Shown here piece by piece: positions 7,727 to 13,374 of a stretch of DNA of 13,374 nucleotides. The notes under the pieces were generated by a model. The model was not told where the DNA came from and did not search any database. It saw only the letters and a list, made by a program, of their open reading frames with translations. The stretch's first letter is position 1; each line of letters begins with the position of its first letter. Origin of the DNA: Bacteriovoracaceae bacterium (GTDB lineage: Bacteria; Bdellovibrionota; Bacteriovoracia; Bacteriovoracales; Bacteriovoracaceae). Location of the stretch: assembly GCA_049599895.1 (NCBI GenBank), contig JBMYPC010000086.1, forward strand, positions 1-13,374. The letters are read 5' to 3'. Made by a program: the position numbers and the translations under genes.

Positions 7727-7979
7727 CCGCTATTGCGGCAAAAGTGCCCAGTGGGCAGTTTTGAAGCGGAGCGGATAGATGTATGGAGGAAACGTCAGTG
7801 CCCGACAGACATCGCAATGAGCGGTAGCTCATCAAACAGCTATGAACTTCACCAATTATTCGGAACTGTTTAATTCGCTAACGCTCATTCCGTTCACTTT
7901 CCGTGCGCTAACGCTTACTCGCTCACTTGTCCGCTTGGTGCTTCAATGCTTGCCACTGGCAACCATTGCCGCAAACCGG
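7727..7979. repeat. Composite structured repeat locus 2: ~250-nt imperfect inverted repeat of two three-module units
   Basis: Unit A (+, 7727-7839) and unit B (-, 7979-7866) each contain a CCAGTGG-apex hairpin, then module 2 (14/19 identical between units), then module 3 (20/24 identical). All three module pairs are symmetric about ~7853. Confidence 0.85.
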
Positions 7980-7983
7980 TGAA

Positions 7984-8706
7984 TTAGTTTGACTCTCTTA
8001 TTAAGAATTTCCCAACCGTTCGAAGCAAATTCTCAAACGCTTCTTCAGACATATTCTTAGGACAAAATAGCAAATGTCGTGAATAAGGATAAATCTTAGG
8101 CTTAAATGAAAAAGGCACAACTTCAATATTTTCTTTTCCAAGAAAAGCCTTTTTCATTTTCTTTGAATCAACTAATTCATCTTTAGGTGAGACAACAATA
8201 AGCTTTGCATGGGAAAGACTCAAAAGCTGGTCAGGATCAAACTCACTCAATCCGTCATAGAGGTTTTGATAAAGTGATCTTGAAGTAAATCTTTTGTTGG
8301 CATATTCAGGACTTTGGAAGCTGACGAGAGATTTTAGAGGAAGAGCTTTAAAAAGATACTTTGGCACATAGGAATGTTTTGGAATAAAAAAAGCTGGTGA
8401 AAGATAGATGCTTTTTTTGAAGTTCAAGTGTTGCTTTGATTGGGCCAATGAAAGAAGTAAGCTTCCAAGAGAGAAACCAATGGGGATAACTTCATGGCCT
8501 TGGTTTTGAATCTCTGATATTCGGTTTTTAAGATCATGAAGTCTTTTGCTTAGTTCAAGGTCTTCTCGATATTCATAAATTGAAAAATCTGTTTCAATAT
8601 CTTTTTGAAATAAACTTTCTTGCAAGAACTTAGCAAGAAGCGAAAACGACTCAGGGTTTTGATTCAGCCCTGGTATAAAAAAAAGATGAATTTTTGCTTT
8701 GTTCAC
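7984..8706 (-). CDS. Alpha/beta fold hydrolase (esterase/lipase-like)
   Basis: FFIPGLN oxyanion region, GFSLG nucleophile elbow, YLSPAF, VSPKDELV (Asp) and RHLLF (His). Likely start is GTG at 8706, overlapping the apaG TAG by 1 nt, rather than 8760. Confidence 0.85.
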   Translation of the reverse strand: MNKAKIHLFFIPGLNQNPESFSLLAKFLQESLFQKDIETDFSIYEYREDLELSKRLHDLKNRISEIQNQGHEVIPIGFSLGSLLLSLAQSKQHLNFKKSIYLSPAFFIPKHSYVPKYLFKALPLKSLVSFQSPEYANKRFTSRSLYQNLYDGLSEFDPDQLLSLSHAKLIVVSPKDELVDSKKMKKAFLGKENIEVVPFSFKPKIYPYSRHLLFCPKNMSEEAFENLLRTVGKFLIRESN

Positions 8707-9164
8707 TAATGTAGGAAAGTCTCTGGTGTTCTTAAAAAGAAAAGAGGAACTTCGACCCAAAACTTTTCGTTGAGAATTTCTTTATCTGTGAGAGGGTCTA
8801 TTTCATAGGTACTAAAAAGATAGCGACCTCTCATATTCCCCGTAGGAGTTTTGATATGACAGAAGCTGGTATACTCAAATTCTTCACCTGGTTCGAAGAT
8901 AGGAGTTTTTCCGATGACTCCAACACCCTCGACTTCTTTAGCGTGGCCATTTCCATTTCGGATGTTCCACTGTCTTCGAAGGAGCTTACAGGTTTGGTTT
9001 GAATTATTTTTTATCTCGATATGATAGGCGTAAAAATAGAAGTTCTTCTCAGGTATGCTTCTTTCCGGAACGTAATAAGGCCTTGCCTTAATTTCGATAT
9101 GGCCATCGAAAAAAAAGTGGTGGGATTCATAAATGTGATCAATGTTTTCAACATGCTCTGACAT
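8706..9164 (-). CDS. apaG: ApaG (Co2+/Mg2+ efflux-associated, DUF525) protein
   Basis: YFYAYHIEIKN, LLRRQWNI.NGNG, EVEGVGVIGKTP, PGEEFEYTSFC.IKTPTGNMRGRY and VP.F.L. Confidence 0.95.
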   Translation of the reverse strand: MSEHVENIDHIYESHHFFFDGHIEIKARPYYVPERSIPEKNFYFYAYHIEIKNNSNQTCKLLRRQWNIRNGNGHAKEVEGVGVIGKTPIFEPGEEFEYTSFCHIKTPTGNMRGRYLFSTYEIDPLTDKEILNEKFWVEVPLFFLRTPETFLH

Positions 9165-9366
9165 AAACCTACTCGTACAAACAGCTTTAAATGACTCGTC
9201 CCAGTAAAACTAAATCTTTTCACTCCAATTTGTAAAGTTTGGGGCCAAAAAAGCCCTAAACGAATAGAAGAGAATAAGATGACTTTTGCAACTACTTGAA
9301 TTTGCTTTCTCAAAAATGACAATTTCTAGCAGATTAAGTTGCCGGTCCGCGTTATGCGTTTTTTTT

Positions 9367-9375
9367 TGATACAAT
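9367..9375 (+). promoter_or_regulatory. Possible extended -10 (sigma70) element
   Basis: TG-A-TACAAT about 60 nt upstream of the ATG at 9434; no good -35. Confidence 0.35.
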
Positions 9376-9433
9376 CTTTTAGAATTGAGGACAGGGTTTG
9401 TTCTCACAGCGACGATCACGGAGGATCATTCAT

Positions 9434-9775
9434 ATGAAGCTGAAAAGTCTTATACAACTCGCGACACTTTTTTTATTAAGTTTCTTTTTCCTCTCTACTG
9501 CTCAATCAAATGAAAGCAGTGCCAACGAATTTAATAATGCTGAAAATGAAAAGATGCAGTCTCATCTAAGATGGCTTGAAATTGAAGATCGAGTTTCAAC
9601 TATTGCCGCTAATCTCGTAAGAGAGAAAGCTGTTTGGAAAGATCAAGTGATCAATCGTGGACTTGCTTCAGTTGATGATAGAGAAGTTGAAAATTTGAAA
9701 TTCTGGAAGAGTATTGAATCAAATAATAATGAAGATCCTCTCTATTGGTTAGAGCAAGTGGATTCATTAGAATAA
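9434..9775 (+). CDS. Small secreted hypothetical protein (113 aa)
   Basis: Start moved to ATG 9434 (MKLKSL...) because GGAGGA lies at 9420-9425; signal peptide ending AQS. Confidence 0.75.
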   Translation: MKLKSLIQLATLFLLSFFFLSTAQSNESSANEFNNAENEKMQSHLRWLEIEDRVSTIAANLVREKAVWKDQVINRGLASVDDREVENLKFWKSIESNNNEDPLYWLEQVDSLE

Positions 9776-9976
9776 GACTCGATTCGTCATCAGTTTTTTT
9801 ACTTGGTGTTATGCAATAAACACTTTCTTTAAACTCCAACATTCAATTTAATAAGAAAAGATATTAGGTCAGCCTAATGTCTGCCATAAGTTTTATTCTA
9901 AGATTGCTGGCCAAGCCTTTTGAAATTACGTTATTTTACTTTCATCAATCACCAATCATTTAGGAAATAAGATTAT

Positions 9977-11467
9977 ATGTGTGGAGTAATAGGTATTATT
10001 GGCCCTACTCGCAATCAAGCTTGGCTCAAAGAGACTCCAAGTGCTGCTCTCGAAGTCTATCGAGGATTACTAACATTACAACATAGAGGACAGGATGCTG
10101 CTGGTATCTTAAGTTTTGATGATTATCAAAACCGTTTTCAACAAGTAAAAGATCTTGGACTTGTGGCAAGTGTTTTTAATGAAAACAATCTTGGAGGACT
10201 TAAAGGTCCTATGGCCATCGGACATACCCGTTATGCCACTGTTGGGAGCGACGGAGCTGAAGATCTTCAGCCTATGGTGGCCCCAGTTCCTTACGGAATA
10301 GGGATGGTTCACAATGGCAACATTGTGAATTATTTCGATCTGGCCTCTAAGCTTAAGGCAAAAAATAAAGTCCAACTTCTCTCATATAATGATCTTGAAG
10401 TAATTCTTCAAATCTGGACTCAAAGTCTTATGGAGTCATGGATTGAGAAGAACACAAATTTTAATTTTGCTGAGGCTTTGAAAGCAAGCACTGTCCTTGT
10501 TAATGAAATAGAAGGAGCCTACGCTCTTGTGGGAATGGTTGCTGGTGTTGGGCTTTTTGGTTTAAGAGATCCCCACGGTATTAGACCTCTGGTTCTCGGT
10601 CGAAAACAACTCGAAGATAAAACCTATGCCTATTGTCTTTGTTCAGAAACTCTTAGTCTTAACTTTCTTGGTTATGAATATGTCAGAGACATTGAACCGG
10701 GGGAACTTATCTTTATTGATCGTGAAGGAAAGATCCATTGCGAGGTGATTAAAAAAGAAGATAATCTTAGGGCCGCTTGTATGTTTGAGTGGATTTATTT
10801 TTCAGGGGCCGAAAGCTCAATCGAAAAAAAATCAGTATACTCGGCAAGATTAAGATTAGGGCAGGTTCTCGCTCGTAAAGTTCAAACTCTTATGGATGAT
10901 GGAAACATTAACCCTGATTTTGTTTGTCCGGTTCCAGACACTTCAAGAACTGCTGCAATTGCTCTAGCGGAAAGCCTTAATATCCCTTATCGAGAAGGGT
11001 TGATTAAGAACCGTTATATTCAAAGGTCTTTTATTCTCAATAAACAACAGGCAAGAGAAAAGGCGGTTGAGCTTAAACTCTCTCCTGTTCGAAGTGAGAT
11101 TGAAGGAAAAAATATTCTTCTTATTGATGACAGTGTTGTCAGAGGGACGACATCGAAAAAGATTATCTCTCTTCTTAAGCGTTACGGAGCTAAAAGAGTC
11201 ACACTTGGCATTACGTGCCCTCCCTTAAGATATGGATGTTTTTATGGAATTGATTTTCCAAAAGCCGAGACTCTTATTGCTTCTAATAAGACTGTGGATC
11301 AGATCGCTCAGTATGTAGGGGCAGATGAAGTTGTTTATCTTGATGAGGCCGATGTGAAAGAGGCCATTGGTATTTCTGATCTTTGTATGGCCTGTGTGAA
11401 CTCAAAATATCCAACCTCGACAGGGCATATAGAAGAGTTTTCAACTAAGCGAGATGCTCTACGATGA
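9977..11467 (+). CDS. purF: Amidophosphoribosyltransferase
   Basis: N-terminal MCG nucleophile, LQHRGQDAAGI, GHTRYAT, HNGN, RDPHGIRPL and the PRPP loop IDDSVVRGTT. Four Cys (CMFEWIY, CFYGIDF, CMAC) match the Fe-S-type enzymes. Confidence 0.98.
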   Translation: MCGVIGIIGPTRNQAWLKETPSAALEVYRGLLTLQHRGQDAAGILSFDDYQNRFQQVKDLGLVASVFNENNLGGLKGPMAIGHTRYATVGSDGAEDLQPMVAPVPYGIGMVHNGNIVNYFDLASKLKAKNKVQLLSYNDLEVILQIWTQSLMESWIEKNTNFNFAEALKASTVLVNEIEGAYALVGMVAGVGLFGLRDPHGIRPLVLGRKQLEDKTYAYCLCSETLSLNFLGYEYVRDIEPGELIFIDREGKIHCEVIKKEDNLRAACMFEWIYFSGAESSIEKKSVYSARLRLGQVLARKVQTLMDDGNINPDFVCPVPDTSRTAAIALAESLNIPYREGLIKNRYIQRSFILNKQQAREKAVELKLSPVRSEIEGKNILLIDDSVVRGTTSKKIISLLKRYGAKRVTLGITCPPLRYGCFYGIDFPKAETLIASNKTVDQIAQYVGADEVVYLDEADVKEAIGISDLCMACVNSKYPTSTGHIEEFSTKRDALR

Positions 11468-12621
11468 TATCAGACAAAAAATTAATTTATAGAGGTAGTG
11501 TTAAGGACATTTATCAATATAATGAACATCTTTTGTTTGATTTCAGCGACCGTTATTCCATTTTTGACTGGGGGGAAATGCCCGATCTTATTGATGGAAA
11601 GGGAGCGGCACTGAAATCAATGGGGGAGTGTTTCTTTTACTATCTTGAGAGTGAAAAAAGTTGGAAAAAACTTGAGAACTTTACTGAACTCATCGAATTT
11701 CTTAAAAATAATCCAGAAGCAAAGCCTCTTTATTCTTCCCTCAGAGAGAGGGGTCTCAAAACTCATTGGGTAGGTGATTCAAAGCTATTCAAGGATCATT
11801 CAAGTTCACTTGAAGTCAAAAAAGTTAATGTTCTAAGTCCTAAAAGAAATGATTCAGGATACGATTATTCAGAGTATAAAAATGATCAACTTGTGGACTG
11901 TCTTGTTCCTTTGGAAGTTCTTTTTCGTTTTGGAGTTCCTAAAGGGAGCTCCTTTTTAAGGCGAGCAAAGGACCTTGAGTATTGTCATGAACTCGGGCTC
12001 TCTGGACAAAAGATTGAAGAAGGAACGAGGTTTCAAAGCCCCATCATAGAGTTCTCGACAAAGTTAGAACCTCTTGACCGAGTTCTCCAATACGAAGAAG
12101 CTAAAGATATTTCAGGACTCAATGATTCGGAGTTTGCTGAACTTTGCACTTTAACGAAGCTTATTGCTTTTAATCTGAAACATTTGTTTTCAAAAATGGA
12201 GATTGAACTTTGGGATGGAAAGTTTGAGTTTTCTTTTATTAAAAAAGCTGATGGAACACGAGGGTTTCAGTTAGTTGATAGTATTGGGCCAGATGAGCTT
12301 CGTTTGATGTTTCAAAACATTCCTCTTTCTAAAGAAGTTCTAAGACAGGCCTATAAAAAATCAAACTGGTATTCATGTTTTAATGAGCAAAAAGAAAAGC
12401 TTGCTTCAAAAAATATTAAAGATTGGCAGAAGGAGTTTCATAATCTTGGTTTAGAGGGACCTCATAAGCTTGATTCAGAGTTTATCAAGCTTATCTCTGA
12501 AATGTATCAATACCTATCACAAGGTATTCAAGGAATCGTTTTTGATAATTTAACGGAACATCAAGATATCGCTCTTGTCGCAAAGACGATTGAAAAGAAT
12601 TTAAGGGATTTTGATGAGTGA
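11464..12621 (+). CDS. purC: SAICAR synthetase (long form)
   Basis: YRGSVKDIY, FSDRYSIFDWGEMPD, VPLEV, FSTKLE, DGKFEF, LVDSIGPDELR and LSKEVLRQ; ATGA overlap with purF. Confidence 0.93.
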   Translation: MISDKKLIYRGSVKDIYQYNEHLLFDFSDRYSIFDWGEMPDLIDGKGAALKSMGECFFYYLESEKSWKKLENFTELIEFLKNNPEAKPLYSSLRERGLKTHWVGDSKLFKDHSSSLEVKKVNVLSPKRNDSGYDYSEYKNDQLVDCLVPLEVLFRFGVPKGSSFLRRAKDLEYCHELGLSGQKIEEGTRFQSPIIEFSTKLEPLDRVLQYEEAKDISGLNDSEFAELCTLTKLIAFNLKHLFSKMEIELWDGKFEFSFIKKADGTRGFQLVDSIGPDELRLMFQNIPLSKEVLRQAYKKSNWYSCFNEQKEKLASKNIKDWQKEFHNLGLEGPHKLDSEFIKLISEMYQYLSQGIQGIVFDNLTEHQDIALVAKTIEKNLRDFDE

Positions 12622-13374
12622 AAAGATCTTAATTTTAGGAGCAGGTGGGCGAGAGCATGCTATGGCCCATAAACTCTCAACAGAGGGAGTTGGCCATGAG
12701 GTCATTGTTGCCCCAGGAAACCCTGGAATTGAAAAAATAAGCTCTGTGAAATGTCACAAGCTCAACGTGAGTCATCATGAAGAAGTGATAAAGTTTTCAA
12801 AAGAAAAGCAATTTGACCTCATTATCGTGGGGCCAGAAGCTCCACTTGCAGCTGGACTTGGAGATGAACTTCGAAATGAAGGGTTTCTTGTTGTTGGTCC
12901 AGGAAAAATTGGGGCAAAACTTGAAAGTTCCAAAGCCTTTAGTAAGGACTTTATGTACCGACATGGAATCCCAACCGCTCAATATGGAAGCTACACTGAA
13001 ATAGAGAAGGCCTTAAGCGACGTAAAGACGGAGAAGTTCGGAACGAATCCTGTGATAAAAGCTTCAGGGCTTGCGGCTGGGAAAGGTGTTTTTGTCTGTA
13101 AAGACTTAGATGAGGCGAAAACAAGTGTTGAAAGGCTTATGGGTGAAGAAAGCTTTTCGATCAAGAGTCCAGAAATCGTTATCGAAGAACAGCTGTTTGG
13201 AAATGAGCTTTCTGTTTTTGCTCTTGTTGATGAAAGTGGTTACAAAATAATCGGTCATGGAGAAGATTATAAAAGGCTTGAGGATAATGACTTAGGCCCA
13301 AATACTGGCGGCATGGGAGCTGTCTTTCGCAAGGGAATCATCTCCCAAGAACTTTTACAGAAGATCCAATCAGA
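12614..13374 (+). CDS. purD: Phosphoribosylamine--glycine ligase, 3'-truncated by the window edge (absent from the ORF track)
   Basis: Manual translation from ATG 12614 gives MSEKILILGAGGREHAMAHKL...APGNPG...VGPEAPLAAGL...LESSKAFSKDFM.RHGIPTA...VIKASGLAAGKGV...DYKRLEDNDLGPNTGGMG. Overlaps the purC stop by 8 nt (ATGAGTGA). Confidence 0.97.
   Translation, partial: MSEKILILGAGGREHAMAHKLSTEGVGHEVIVAPGNPGIEKISSVKCHKLNVSHHEEVIKFSKEKQFDLIIVGPEAPLAAGLGDELRNEGFLVVGPGKIGAKLESSKAFSKDFMYRHGIPTAQYGSYTEIEKALSDVKTEKFGTNPVIKASGLAAGKGVFVCKDLDEAKTSVERLMGEESFSIKSPEIVIEEQLFGNELSVFALVDESGYKIIGHGEDYKRLEDNDLGPNTGGMGAVFRKGIISQELLQKIQS

Noticed and set aside
7030..7979. IscB/HEARO (OMEGA) element or IS200/IS605 transposon
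   Set aside because: The protein is only ~175 aa with no RuvC or PLMP motifs, and no TnpA/TnpB gene is present.
7567..7983. Housekeeping RNA (RNase P, 6S, SRP, tmRNA or tRNA)
   Set aside because: GAGGAAACGTC only superficially resembles the RNase P GAGGAAAGUCC motif and the 3' partner motif is missing. I see no tRNA cloverleaf, SRP or tmRNA hallmarks, and the repeat modules explain the structure.
9776..9976. Purine, ZTP or PRPP riboswitch upstream of purF
   Set aside because: The region is AT-rich with no recognisable aptamer consensus. There is only a simple hairpin AGATATTAGG-TCAG-CCTAATGTCT (9859-9882) with no following U-tract on the plus strand; its function is unclear.
14..13004. Short or overlapping ORFs in the track (14..400, 2451..2684, 3699..4010, 4165..4416, 4422..4628, 6164..6376, 7108..7326, 7337..7573, 9011..9322, 9210..9419, 9651..9842, 10109..10375, 12797..12982, 12813..13004)
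   Set aside because: Almost all are antisense or alternative-frame shadows of well-supported genes. 9210..9419 spans a probable divergent promoter region. None shows a recognisable motif.

Overview
AT-rich bacterial chromosomal window. Gene content and protein style suggest Bdellovibrionota (Bacteriovoracia-like); this is inference. Genes in order: 3' part of a CPAF-like S41 protease, a basic secreted hypothetical, a QueD/PTPS-family gene, a lipoprotein, a divergent pair (acidic secreted protein and FecR-domain protein) with back-to-back sigma54-type promoters around a shared palindrome, a divergent PdxH, an FHA protein, an HNH endonuclease, an alpha/beta hydrolase, apaG, a small secreted protein and the start of a purF-purC-purD operon. 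The most unusual signal is non-coding. Two intergenic regions (2756-2906 and 7604-7979) are built from the same modular structured repeat family. Its main module is a hairpin with a CC-AGY-GG apex and a conserved G.G mismatch, present in three diverged copies linked by six compensatory base-pair changes. A second module resembles GGAAGCGTYAGCGCCCG. At the second locus two ~113-nt composite units form a ~250-nt inverted repeat just upstream of the HNH endonuclease gene. This looks like a REP/BIME/REPIN-like element or a structured RNA family that I cannot assign to a named family. Any link to the HNH gene is a hypothesis only.
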